Part shown: piece by piece, positions 28,083 to 37,488 of the stretch
Layout of the letters: each line of letters begins with the position of its first letter
Numbering within the stretch: the stretch's first letter is position 1
Origin: a virus
Virus record (IMG/VR): IMGVR_UViG_3300045581_000900
Coordinates: 47,940 to 111,939 of that record
Strand: one strand, 5' to 3'
Length of the DNA stretch: 64,000 nucleotides
The notes under the pieces: generated by a model
What the model saw: the letters and a program-made list of their open reading frames with translations, nothing else
Told to the model about the DNA's origin: nothing
Databases searched by the model: none
Program-made: the position numbers and the translations under genes

Positions 28083-28739
28083 TTAAAACGGATAAACCCC
28101 GTAGGCGTTGGTGAGCATGCTGGCGGCGAACTCCTCGTACGACTTGCCGAGCGGGAGATGCAGCGAACCGTCGTCATCCACCGTCAGAAACTTCACATAT
28201 TCCGGCCTTTGCTTAAACGCCGTGAGTACCGCCAACTCCCGAGCCCGCCAGCCGAGCGACGGGTCGTGCCGGGCCTCGAACATCTTCTGGAGAATTCCGG
28301 CGAACCATGCGTCGCCCGTGTCGATCTCGCGTAACTGCCGGGTCGCCTCGGCCACGGCTTGGTTGAACAAGTAGTCGGGCTTGCCGGTCTCCAAATACTG
28401 CTGCTTTAATCGGTTGAGCAGAGCATGCACCTCGCTGGCCGTGGCCGGTGCTCCGGGCAGGCCCATGACCAGCGTGACCAAGAGCCAATTGGGCGTCGTG
28501 AAGAGTATCTCGCCGGGTTTGCGGGCGGCGTCGAGGGCTTTCTTGCCAGCACGCCAGCCGGAGCGATTCCCCTCCGCATCAAGGGTGTCCATGTACGCCT
28601 GAATCGTCTTGGCCACCTCGGCGGTCGTGTCGGTGGTCAACTCGGTGATCGTCGGAAGCTCGGCCAGTTTAAACAGCTTGACAACCCGCACGAACAGGCG
28701 GCCAAGCAGGGCACGCATCCCGTCGGGCAGCTTGTTCAC
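28083..28739 (-). CDS. Hypothetical protein
   Basis: GTGA overlap start. Confidence 0.65.
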   Translation of the reverse strand: MNKLPDGMRALLGRLFVRVVKLFKLAELPTITELTTDTTAEVAKTIQAYMDTLDAEGNRSGWRAGKKALDAARKPGEILFTTPNWLLVTLVMGLPGAPATASEVHALLNRLKQQYLETGKPDYLFNQAVAEATRQLREIDTGDAWFAGILQKMFEARHDPSLGWRARELAVLTAFKQRPEYVKFLTVDDDGSLHLPLGKSYEEFAASMLTNAYGVYPF

Positions 28740-30595
28740 TTGTCTGACTTCTTCTTCTTGTCTGTCTTCTTCTTGCCACTGCCCACAGGCCGGCACGAGT
28801 CGTTGCTGTACGGCTTCTTACCCGGGACTGGTTCATACCCGGCCCAGCAGCGGGCACTCTTCATGCACATGACGACGATGGTCTTCTTCGCCGCGGGCTT
28901 GGCTTGATTCCGTAGATTCAGTTCGTGCTCCCGGCGGGCTGAGTCCACGCGGTACGGTGCCCCCTTGGCTTTTTCAGCTTTCAGGTCGCTAAGTTCCTTG
29001 GCGTCCATGTCGTTGAACGCCCACTTCTCAACGAGTTTATTGATGTTCATGTCTGAGCTACCTTTTACTGTGCCCGGCTGGGCTTGTGCGATCTGCTGCT
29101 GCTGGTTATTACCCCAATTCCACGGCATTCTTGAGTTGCCGATTGTGTAGTCATATGCTCCCTGAGCCGCGGACTGAGCCGCGTTGTACGCTTTTTGCGG
29201 AAGGATTTCAGTGGCGAACGTGGAAACCGGGTCGTCTACATACCGTTGCCCCTGCTGCTGCATCTGAGAAAGTTCGCTCTTCGGGTCGTTCAAGTGCCCG
29301 TGCAGCATGGCGGCGTTTTGAGCGGCACGAACCGCCTGCTCGTCCGTCATGTTGGTGTCTGAAAGATTTTGCAGCATTCGCGGCCGCATGCCCTCGGGCA
29401 AACGCATCAGCGTGGCCAGTTGCTGCTTCTGCTGCTCGGCTTTGGCCAATTGCTCTTTTATTGCCGCGGGCGAAAAACCGCCGCTACCTTTGGCTTTAAT
29501 CGCAGCAATCGGGTCGTCGGCGGTGAGCATTGAGAGGTCTTGCTTGCCCTCAGGAATCATGCCCAGAAACGAGCCCATGTTGTACGCGGCATCCGCGGTC
29601 ATGTTCTGAGCCCCTTGGCCGAACATGCCGCCCGCGGCTCCGCCCAACACACCGGCACCCAAGCCCAGAGCCCCCATAATGCCCATGCCCATGCCGCCGC
29701 CGCCGAACAATGACGACATAATGCCGATTAAGCCCATTGGCAGACCGATGCCGACCATCGCCTGCAGCGGGAGCGGCATGTTTTGAAACGTGCTCATCGC
29801 GTTGTTCACCATCTCGCCGTAGCCCTGTGGCGTCGAGGCTTTCTCGGGATCAGCCTGCACCTGCTGCTGGATGTGGGCGTCTATGGCTGCTTTAAACTTG
29901 GCCTGATATGCCTGTGCCTGCGGCGTGTTCTTGCCCGCTTGGGCGTCTCGGAATCCCTGCACTAACTCGGGGTTCTGCTGCAGATGGTCGGTGACGAACT
30001 TCTCGGCGAACTGTTTCCGTTCCGCCTCCGGGATATTACTGTCATTCAGCTTGCTTTCGATCTCTGAAAACGCGACAGGCGTCACTTCAGGAGCCGGGCC
30101 TGATGTCTCCACCGGCTTGCCCTGTGTATCCGTCATCGTGCCCTGCATGTTCGACACGATCGGCTGCGGCTGGGTGTTGCCGGCCATCTGCGGTTCAGTC
30201 GGAGCAGGAGGGGCCACCGGCTGTGCTGGCTGGGCTAACGATGCTGGGCCCGGCGTCGACACCATAGGCGTCGTGGGGTTTATCGGAGCTTGCGGGGGAG
30301 CAGGAGCAGGCGGTGGCGGGGCGACGGGTGGCGTTGCTCCCATCAGGCTGTCCATGCCCGCCCGGCCGAAGTCTTTCCGCTGTTGAAACGTCGCCGGGAA
30401 CAGCGGCTTCGCGAGTGGTGCCGGCGGCTTCGCCAGTGATGGCGACGGACCAGCCCCGAGCGACTGTGTCGGTGACGCCGTGGTAGTGGACGCACTGATA
30501 CCGCCCGACGCGTTCGACGTCGTTAAACTAGGCTGGGACGCACCGATTGCGGCGTACTTGTGCATCACGCCGCGAATAAGCTGGGCCGTCGTCAT
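28736..30595 (-). CDS. Modular probable virion protein (Pro-rich region, Gly zipper, C-terminal RCWAGYEP micro-domain)
   Basis: HKYAA, EKWAF, MKSAR motifs; GxxxG helices. Confidence 0.8.
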   Translation of the reverse strand: MTTAQLIRGVMHKYAAIGASQPSLTTSNASGGISASTTTASPTQSLGAGPSPSLAKPPAPLAKPLFPATFQQRKDFGRAGMDSLMGATPPVAPPPPAPAPPQAPINPTTPMVSTPGPASLAQPAQPVAPPAPTEPQMAGNTQPQPIVSNMQGTMTDTQGKPVETSGPAPEVTPVAFSEIESKLNDSNIPEAERKQFAEKFVTDHLQQNPELVQGFRDAQAGKNTPQAQAYQAKFKAAIDAHIQQQVQADPEKASTPQGYGEMVNNAMSTFQNMPLPLQAMVGIGLPMGLIGIMSSLFGGGGMGMGIMGALGLGAGVLGGAAGGMFGQGAQNMTADAAYNMGSFLGMIPEGKQDLSMLTADDPIAAIKAKGSGGFSPAAIKEQLAKAEQQKQQLATLMRLPEGMRPRMLQNLSDTNMTDEQAVRAAQNAAMLHGHLNDPKSELSQMQQQGQRYVDDPVSTFATEILPQKAYNAAQSAAQGAYDYTIGNSRMPWNWGNNQQQQIAQAQPGTVKGSSDMNINKLVEKWAFNDMDAKELSDLKAEKAKGAPYRVDSARREHELNLRNQAKPAAKKTIVVMCMKSARCWAGYEPVPGKKPYSNDSCRPVGSGKKKTDKKKKSDK

Positions 30596-30597
30596 CG

Positions 30598-30786
30598 TCA
30601 GGCCTTCTTGTTGTGTTTATTCGCCGGGTCACCGTGCACATCACGATACGTCTTGCCATCATGCGGGGCTCGCACGGTCGGCGTGACATCGCGGCTGGCG
30701 GCTTTCGTTTCCCACTCGATCTGCCGCACGCCGGTCAGGTCAATGGGAAGATTCTTGGGGTTCTTGAGATTGCGAAAGTGTTGCAT
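30598..30786 (-). CDS. Small hypothetical protein
   Basis: ORF packing; TKAAS motif. Confidence 0.55.
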   Translation of the reverse strand: MQHFRNLKNPKNLPIDLTGVRQIEWETKAASRDVTPTVRAPHDGKTYRDVHGDPANKHNKKA

Positions 30787-30797
30787 GCGAGATTCCT

Positions 30798-31193
30798 TTA
30801 ACGAGCGAAGCCGCCCGGTTGACCGTCTAAAAATGTCTTGGTCTGCGTGTTGAACTTCCGGCCGTTGTCCGTCGTGATGATGTGCGGCGGGTCCTGCTGG
30901 CCCGTAGCATTGTTAAACGCAGTCGAGGTCGCCGAGAGCGGAGCGGACACAGGACCGGCACCCGTTTGATTCGCCATCGCCGACGAACCCGGAAGCATGC
31001 CCATCGCCCGCTGGAACAGCGACGGCGAGGTCGACGCCGCAGGGGCAGGGGCCGGTGCTGGGGCTGGGGCGGGAGTCGGCGTGGGTCGCGGCAGCTTAGG
31101 AGGCGTCGCCGGCGTGGCGAGCGTTTTCATCATGCTGCCGCTCCGTGGCGTGACAGCCGCAAGTTGATTTCCAAATTGAAACGCAGACGGCAT
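30798..31193 (-). CDS. Pro/Ala-rich protein with N-terminal SAFQFG motif
   Basis: SD AGGA; PAPAPA repeat. Confidence 0.7.
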   Translation of the reverse strand: MPSAFQFGNQLAAVTPRSGSMMKTLATPATPPKLPRPTPTPAPAPAPAPAPAASTSPSLFQRAMGMLPGSSAMANQTGAGPVSAPLSATSTAFNNATGQQDPPHIITTDNGRKFNTQTKTFLDGQPGGFAR

Positions 31194-31208
31194 GGTTGAG
31201 TCCTTTAC

Positions 31209-31511
31209 TTAAAAAGCTTCTGTGTCCGAGTCAGTGTATTTAAGTGAACGATTGGTAACTGAGAGTTCCGTTTTGTGACACCGCCCGCCCTCGCAGCAGG
31301 TTTCGTTAATCGTGCCGCAGCGGGTGCACACCAGCTTGCCTCGAATATCCATTAACTCACCGCGACAGATATGGCATTGCGTTGCTGTGGACATTATTGT
31401 AGCAAACTCCGTACTGCCCCGAACGTGCCGCGGTAAATAAGGGCAGTTTACACATCCGTTGCCGCAGCATCGCCCGTGCTGGAGTAACGTCTCCCGGGAC
31501 AGCGGTTTCAC
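31209..31511 (-). CDS. Cys-rich protein (DUF5522-like plus Zn ribbon)
   Basis: GRCCGNGCVNCPY; CHIC...CTRC. Confidence 0.55.
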   Translation of the reverse strand: MKPLSRETLLQHGRCCGNGCVNCPYLPRHVRGSTEFATIMSTATQCHICRGELMDIRGKLVCTRCGTINETCCEGGRCHKTELSVTNRSLKYTDSDTEAF

Positions 31512-31855
31512 ATGTGGGCGTGGGTGAACCGGGCTTCATATGCGGCGTAAATCTCCGCATAGGCCACGCCCCACGCGGCGTCATGGGCCAGTTTATTAAA
31601 CGCCTCGTCGTCGATGGCGTTGTCGAGGCGGTGGTTCCACGCCCGGGCATGGGCCCACTCGTGGATCAACACGTCCATCGAACGGCTTTCATCCAGACTC
31701 TTGTCGATCTGGATGTGGAACTTCTTACCCTGCTTCCAACAGCGGCCGTCGAGTTTTGTCAGCTTAACCCGCCGCACGCTGACCGGAAATGCCGCGGGGC
31801 ACTCCGTTTTCAGCATCTTGAGGAGAGACTGGTACTGTCGAAAGCGGGTCGCCAT
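31508..31855 (-). CDS. Small HExxH zinc metallopeptidase (SprT/ImmA-like)
   Basis: VLIHEWAHA...HDAAW; GGAGG SD. Confidence 0.72.
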   Translation of the reverse strand: MATRFRQYQSLLKMLKTECPAAFPVSVRRVKLTKLDGRCWKQGKKFHIQIDKSLDESRSMDVLIHEWAHARAWNHRLDNAIDDEAFNKLAHDAAWGVAYAEIYAAYEARFTHAHM

Positions 31856-31970
31856 GGCCGTCCTCCGTGACATGAAGCAGGCCAGCATCCTGCCGACCAG
31901 TCACCGATTGTATCAGGCCCTGAAAGAACTGGCGAACGCTTCTGAGCGAAAGCCGTGCCACTGCATCTGC

Positions 31971-32128
31971 CGCCGCTTTCAAGCCGCTTTCAAAGCTGCA
32001 CAGGGCGGCCCACGGGCACCCAACCAACAGCGGCGGACACCCCAAAATTCACGAGCAAAACCCGGTTTCCACCCGGATTTCACGCCCAACCAACAGCCTC
32101 GACCCGGTTTCCACCCGGATTTCACGCC
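31971..32128. repeat. Intergenic direct repeats
   Basis: 27-nt acccggtttccacccggatttcacgcc at 32060 and 32102; cccaaccaacagc at 32019 and 32085; gccgctttcaa twice near 31972. Confidence 0.8.
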
Positions 32129-32149
32129 GGCTCGCTTGACAGGCATTGG

Positions 32150-34030
32150 TCAGGCGGGTTGTTCCCGGTTTTCCGAGCCGATGTCGCGGAGCAGATTGCG
32201 AAAGGATTCGTTCAACTGTTCTTTCTCGGCCGTGAGGCGTTCGAGCACCTCATCAGCCGTGCGGTGCCGCTGTTTGCCGAAGAGTTTCCGGCCGAGCACG
32301 CCCGGCTCTTCAGAAGCGTTTAAATATCTTTGCACGGCGACGTTCTTGAGTTCCTCGGGCAGGCCGGCATGACTGTCGAACCGCAGGCCACGACCGCGGG
32401 CCTGCTGGAGCCGAGCCTCGTTCCAGTGGGGGTCCAGAAGCTGGATCAAACTCGTGCCCTTGGTCGAGATGCCCTCCGCGGCGGCCGGGCCTAAGAGCAA
32501 CGCCCGGAGCTTGCCCTCGTTATAGTCTTTCAGGGCCTGCTGGCGTTGCTTTGTGGGAATGCTGCCGTGAAAAATCCCATAAGGAATCTGGTTCTTCTCC
32601 AGTGCCGCAGCATACGGGTTGATGCCGGAGTCGACGAAGTTGGAATAGATAATCGCCTTCTTGCGAGGGTCTTCGTCGAGCACTTTCTTGAGGTTGGTGT
32701 ACGCCGTCTGCAGCTTGCCCGACTGCTCGAAGGCCTTGAGCGGGTTCTTGTCGGCCCGGAACGTCTGCGTCGACAGCCCAGCCTGCCGCATGCCGTTCAA
32801 AAAGCTGTTTAAACGACTAAGCTCGTCCTTCGAGAGCGGGAACTCGCGGTCCAGTTTCCAGAGAAAGCCCGGCGGAATCTTCGTGCGGATCGCCTTGTGA
32901 ATCTTCTCTTGTTCGGGCGTGAGCGGCGTACGGATGATCTCTTCGTTGACGTTCACGCCCTCGGGAGTCTTGCTGGGCTGATAATCGACTTTGCCCTTGA
33001 GCAGTTCCCGCAGTTCTGCCTCGTTCTTAATAAACGGCCGCACGCCGGGCTTCACGCCTCGCAGCCAGCCCATCCAGCCGGGCTTCACCTTCTTGTAGCC
33101 CACATAGCGTTCGGCAAAGCTCTCGGGGTCGATGCTCTTGCCCTGCAGCATCGAGACCAACGGGGCCAAGTCTGTGGGCGAATTCGTGATCGGCGTGCCG
33201 GTTAAGAGCATTACGCGTTTGGCATTGCGGGCCGCCTGCATGGCCGCTTGGGTCATCGCCGAGTTGGGATTTCTAAGCCTCGCCGCCTCGTCCATGATCA
33301 GCGTGTCGGGCTGGGACTTGAACGGCTTGCCCATGCCGAGTCCTGTGTAGCTCATGACCTCGGGATTGGAGTTGCGGGTGAACTTCTTGATCTCTTTCTC
33401 GAAGTTCCCCCGCAGACTCGCCGGCACCACGGCCGCATAGCTCCCGCCATGGAGTTTCCGGGCCGCTTCCGCCGCGGCTATAGACGACAGAGATTTCCCC
33501 GAGCCCAAGCCGTGATAGACGAGTAATCGGGGATTCTCGCCCGTGATTTTGTCGGCAATACGCTGCTGGTGGTCTTGTAGCTGGACGTCAGGGCTTAATT
33601 CCGCCTGTTTCTGCCGGTCGGCCAGATGCTGCTGAATCGCCTTGTTTTTATAGGCTTCCAGCATGTCTACGACACCATTTCGCGACTCGCTAGGGACCAA
33701 ATTCGCAGGGTCGATGCCCCAGTTGCGTAACGCCCAGCCGCGTCTGGCTGTGGGGTTTTTCACAAACGGGCCGCCATGGCGAGCCTTGAAGCTCAGCCAG
33801 CGTTTCATCTGCCGCTCGTCCTCGTCGGGAATCCTGCGGCCCGATGCGTAACGTTTGTACCACTGGGCCCAGCCCTTCGGGTCATGCTGGCTGATCCATT
33901 CGGGCTTCCACTCCCCCAGACTGGCTAAACGCGGACCTTGGCCGCGGTACAACGAGTCGTACACGCCCAGACTTTCCATCTGTTCGGGCGTGTAGTCCGG
34001 CGTGAATTTCGCAGCAAGGTCGTCGGGCAT
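32150..34030 (-). CDS. SNF2/SF2 helicase (poxvirus D6/D11-like) with a separate N-terminal domain
   Basis: YHGLGSGKS, MDEAARLRN, LLTGTPITN, AEGISTK, DPHWNEARLQQARGRGLRFDSH. Confidence 0.88.
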   Translation of the reverse strand: MPDDLAAKFTPDYTPEQMESLGVYDSLYRGQGPRLASLGEWKPEWISQHDPKGWAQWYKRYASGRRIPDEDERQMKRWLSFKARHGGPFVKNPTARRGWALRNWGIDPANLVPSESRNGVVDMLEAYKNKAIQQHLADRQKQAELSPDVQLQDHQQRIADKITGENPRLLVYHGLGSGKSLSSIAAAEAARKLHGGSYAAVVPASLRGNFEKEIKKFTRNSNPEVMSYTGLGMGKPFKSQPDTLIMDEAARLRNPNSAMTQAAMQAARNAKRVMLLTGTPITNSPTDLAPLVSMLQGKSIDPESFAERYVGYKKVKPGWMGWLRGVKPGVRPFIKNEAELRELLKGKVDYQPSKTPEGVNVNEEIIRTPLTPEQEKIHKAIRTKIPPGFLWKLDREFPLSKDELSRLNSFLNGMRQAGLSTQTFRADKNPLKAFEQSGKLQTAYTNLKKVLDEDPRKKAIIYSNFVDSGINPYAAALEKNQIPYGIFHGSIPTKQRQQALKDYNEGKLRALLLGPAAAEGISTKGTSLIQLLDPHWNEARLQQARGRGLRFDSHAGLPEELKNVAVQRYLNASEEPGVLGRKLFGKQRHRTADEVLERLTAEKEQLNESFRNLLRDIGSENREQPA

Positions 34031-34183
34031 AGCGTCACTGCCGGATGAAATACACCAGTGCCACCGCCAGCCCTGCCGCCAGAGCCGTCACGGCGTAAAT
34101 AAAAACAGCAATAGCGTCGGGAGCTTTTTTAGCCATAGTCTCGCCATTTTACACGGTTTTTCCGGCCGGCCCAACTGCGGTCT

Positions 34184-34441
34184 TTACTGCCAGTCGCTGA
34201 GATACACCACAGCGATATAGGTGCCCACGAACGCCCCCAGACTCAAGGGGACGATATACAGGACATTATGCGTGTAACTCATGACGCCCACGGCCCCGAG
34301 ACTGTACAGAATCGAGCCGGTAAAACTGGCCGCCAGAGCCCGTTTCTGGCTCACGCAGAGGACGTACAGGGCGTAGAGAATGTCAAACAGGACATAGACG
34401 ACAAAAACCATGAACGCCGTCAGCCAACTGAAATCCTGCAT
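34184..34441 (-). CDS. Small three-TM protein
   Basis: Hydrophobic helices; SD GGAGG. Confidence 0.7.
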   Translation of the reverse strand: MQDFSWLTAFMVFVVYVLFDILYALYVLCVSQKRALAASFTGSILYSLGAVGVMSYTHNVLYIVPLSLGAFVGTYIAVVYLSDWQ

Positions 34442-34450
34442 GCGATCCTC

Positions 34451-34693
34451 CTAGATTCTGTGGGCTGTTCGCCACACGACGTAGAGCCCACAGCCCGCCG
34501 AGACCAAGCCCAGATATCTCGCCCATGTATACACGTGGGCGAACCAGAAAATCCCCAGCCAGATCGCGGCCAGTGCGGTGATCGCCGCCAGAATGGGCAG
34601 CTTGGCGTGATGAAACCAGAGCGACATGGGCCCGCAGAGAAACAGCAGGCACCAGATCACAAACACCATGATCGCCAGACTTTCCATAAACAT
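34451..34693 (-). CDS. Small three-TM protein
   Basis: Start MFMESLAIM; hydrophobic. Confidence 0.6.
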   Translation of the reverse strand: MFMESLAIMVFVIWCLLFLCGPMSLWFHHAKLPILAAITALAAIWLGIFWFAHVYTWARYLGLVSAGCGLYVVWRTAHRI

Positions 34694-34851
34694 CAACTCC
34701 GTTTGATTTTCTTTTTCGGGCATTCGCGAAAGCCGCATACGGAGCACTTGCCCCATTGGCCGACTTTGTTGCAGTCGCAGCGGCTGCACCAAAACAGCCC
34801 GCGTTTTGCAATCTGGCTTCGTTGCCGATTCGTTAACACCGCGTCTTCCAT
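34693..34851 (-). CDS. Small Zn-ribbon protein
   Basis: CSRCD...CSVCG. Confidence 0.55.
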   Translation of the reverse strand: MEDAVLTNRQRSQIAKRGLFWCSRCDCNKVGQWGKCSVCGFRECPKKKIKRS

Positions 34852-34924
34852 GCTCGTTTCCTTGCGAATGTACACACAAAAAGCACTCTACACTTGCTGC
34901 GTGTATATGCCAGTTTGTGTGTAG

Positions 34925-35539
34925 TTAGGATTTCCCGAAACAGACGCACCAGTACAGCCGGCCGCGGGAGTCTTTCCGTGCTCCGCAGCCGATCTTGTTA
35001 AAACCAGTGCTCATGATATTACGCCGATGCCCCGGCGACCAGAGCCAACTTTTCATGACACTCTCGGGCGTCTCTTGGCCCCATGCGATGTTCTCGCCGG
35101 CCCGAGAGAACCCTAGTTGCATGAGCTTTCGCATCGACGAGTGCACCATGCGGCGATTTTCCGCCATCCAATTGGCGTGCTCTTGAGCGTAGTTTGTTAA
35201 TTTTTCATCGACCTGTAACGGCGGCAGATTCCACGCCCAACTGGCTTTCTCCCGGGCGGTGTTGTGCAGGGCGGCAAGCTGGTCGGTGTCGGCGTCAACG
35301 GTGTTGCGAAGCAGGGGTAGACTCTGAAGATTGAGCTTGCGGCGAAATTTATCATTTTCGCGAGACTTGAGCAGGTACATCTGCTGGTATTCGCTGGCGA
35401 GCTTCCGCTGACCGTCCAGTTCGTCGTAAAGCTCCAGTAAGACCTCCGCGGCCCTGTCATGCGGTCCGCCGATCACAGCCTCGGAGAACCGGCGAAGCTC
35501 CGCGGCTAAGAGGGCGATGTCCTGCTGCTCGTACCTCAT
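34925..35539 (-). CDS. CAP/SCP domain protein
   Basis: LHNTAR, AQEHANWMA, GENIAWG, WLWSPGHRRNI, YWCVCFG. Confidence 0.85.
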   Translation of the reverse strand: MRYEQQDIALLAAELRRFSEAVIGGPHDRAAEVLLELYDELDGQRKLASEYQQMYLLKSRENDKFRRKLNLQSLPLLRNTVDADTDQLAALHNTAREKASWAWNLPPLQVDEKLTNYAQEHANWMAENRRMVHSSMRKLMQLGFSRAGENIAWGQETPESVMKSWLWSPGHRRNIMSTGFNKIGCGARKDSRGRLYWCVCFGKS

Positions 35540-36384
35540 GGCTGCACCTCGGCGTCGGCCAAGGCGATCTCGGAGCCGGTCGTGCTCTGGGCCTTGAGAG
35601 CCAGTTCATAGTTCTCGATCTGCCGGTGCACCCAGTCGTGATACATGCTCACACGGGTAAACGCGGCCTCGTCGCCATAGGTGCCGTCGGTCTTCTTGTC
35701 GGCGGCGAGTAAAAACGAATTAATCCCAGCGAGCTTGTCGCCAATAAACATGCCGCCGCCTGAATCCCCCGGCGTAATCACAAACTCCAGCGGCATCCGA
35801 CCTTTGCCGGCCGTGGGCGAGCAGAAGAGAACCGCGTCCGCACGACCGTCGATCACGTTGTGCCCGGCACGCTTGCGTTGGTCCGATGTCTCGGCGTTCG
35901 CTCCGCTGGAAAACGTGCCCTGAATCCCGTAGCCGGCAATCGTGATCGCCTTTCCCATCTCGTCCTGCTGGTCGTAGAGCGGCGTGTAAAAATCGAGCTT
36001 GAAGTCCGTGCCGCTGTAGCCTAGAGCAAGGTCGTGCCAGCCGACTTTTTCTGACACATACTCGCGATGAATGATGACGGTGCTGAGCGGATATTCCGTG
36101 CCGTCGTCCTTGAGAATCTTTTGGCCGTACGTGCCCTCGACGACATGGGCCGCGGTGAGAATCCAGTTGGGCCGGATAATCACCGCCGAGCCGTGCTGCT
36201 CGTGTTCTTTCTTCGGGCAGTCGGGGTTCGTGCACTTGATCTTGGCGATGATTTTCACCACGCCCGGAAACTGCTGGCCGAACTCGACGTACTTGCTGTC
36301 GGGGGTATTCGGGTCTCGCGTGCCGGCCTGTACCGCCTCAGCACCAATAGCTAAAAAAAACAGGAGTGATGTAAAGAGTTTCAT
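35536..36384 (-). CDS. Exported trypsin-like (S1) serine protease
   Basis: Signal peptide; ILTAAHV, HDLAL, PGDSGGG. Confidence 0.88.
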   Translation of the reverse strand: MKLFTSLLFFLAIGAEAVQAGTRDPNTPDSKYVEFGQQFPGVVKIIAKIKCTNPDCPKKEHEQHGSAVIIRPNWILTAAHVVEGTYGQKILKDDGTEYPLSTVIIHREYVSEKVGWHDLALGYSGTDFKLDFYTPLYDQQDEMGKAITIAGYGIQGTFSSGANAETSDQRKRAGHNVIDGRADAVLFCSPTAGKGRMPLEFVITPGDSGGGMFIGDKLAGINSFLLAADKKTDGTYGDEAAFTRVSMYHDWVHRQIENYELALKAQSTTGSEIALADAEVQP

Positions 36385-36426
36385 GATCGGCCTCCTTGCT
36401 ACCGGCAGATGCGGCAGTGAAATGAG

Positions 36427-36744
36427 TTAGTTGCGGTCACGCAGCCATGTTTGGAATTCCTTCTTGTTCATGAGGCCGGCACGACGGGCCACCTCACGGG
36501 TTTTGTCGTCTAAACGCACCACGGTCGGCACGGTGGACACAGCGAAAATCTCGGCGGTTTCGGGGGACTCGATGATGTCGATCCGCGAAACAACAAAACC
36601 CTGAGTTAACTCAGGGTTCTCTTTGAGCATCTGCTCAAACTTGGCACAGGGCCGGCACCCCGGCATGTGAAAAATGAGTAATTCGTCGGCAAATAGTGCC
36701 GAAGAAAAGAGGGCCACAAGCAGGCCCGCGAGAAAAGTTTTCAT
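36427..36744 (-). CDS. Exported thioredoxin-like protein
   Basis: Signal peptide; GCRPC; VPT. Confidence 0.8.
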   Translation of the reverse strand: MKTFLAGLLVALFSSALFADELLIFHMPGCRPCAKFEQMLKENPELTQGFVVSRIDIIESPETAEIFAVSTVPTVVRLDDKTREVARRAGLMNKKEFQTWLRDRN

Positions 36745-36825
36745 GGCTGTTCCCCCCGCAGACCCAAAGACCCACAGCCGCCAGAGGAATTAACTTACCA
36801 CAGAAGTTAACACTTCGCCAAATAG

Positions 36826-37413
36826 TCACCCGCCGCCGGGCCAGAACGCCTGACAATGCCCGGAGGCGACGTGGACCAGATAGCCCAGTCCGGTCAGGCG
36901 GGCAATCAGGGCCTGACTCTCCTGTGCGGGCACTAACCCGTTGTGCTCAAAGAAGATAGACACGGGCCGGAGCGAGAGCGTGTCGAAGAAGTCGTTGAGA
37001 ATAATCGCGTCATGGCCCTCCGTGTCGATCTTCAAAAAGTCGATGTGGGTAATGTTGTATTTGGCGACGAGGTCCTTGATCCTGACGACGGGCACCGTGG
37101 TCTTGACCACGCACTCCGGTGGAATCACGCCCTGCCTGACGCCCGCCTCGACGGTCGGATGCGGCTTGCCCACGGAGTTACAGCCCCGCAGCCAGTTGTT
37201 CAGCCCCCGCTGCTCGATGACGTCTGACGGGACGCGATACAGGTCGATCTGGCCCGTATAGTTGCTCACCGCGACGTTCTCTTTCCGACACGTGGCCGGA
37301 AGCCTGTCGAAGTATTCTTTCACGGGCTCGATGAACAAACCGTCGACGACGCCCGCCTGTGTATCGAAGTCACAGGTGCCGATCTCAATGATAAATGGCC
37401 GGGGTGGTGTCAT
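36826..37413 (-). CDS. FkbM-family methyltransferase
   Basis: IEIGTCD, FIEP, IDFLKIDTEGHD. Confidence 0.82.
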   Translation of the reverse strand: MTPPRPFIIEIGTCDFDTQAGVVDGLFIEPVKEYFDRLPATCRKENVAVSNYTGQIDLYRVPSDVIEQRGLNNWLRGCNSVGKPHPTVEAGVRQGVIPPECVVKTTVPVVRIKDLVAKYNITHIDFLKIDTEGHDAIILNDFFDTLSLRPVSIFFEHNGLVPAQESQALIARLTGLGYLVHVASGHCQAFWPGGG

Positions 37414-37416
37414 ACG

Positions 37417-37450
37417 AAAAAACCCAGCCCGAGGAGAAGTTCGGGCTGGG
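37417..37450 (-). terminator. Intrinsic terminator
   Basis: CCCAGCCCGA-loop-TCGGGCTGGG-TTTTT. Confidence 0.75.
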
Positions 37451-37488
37451 CTCTAATGGTCCTGCGGTAGCGGGAAAGACGCAGTGTT

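Noticed and set aside
32060-32128. 27-nt direct repeat as a mini-CRISPR
   Set aside because: Only two copies with a 15-nt spacer, and no cas genes in the window.
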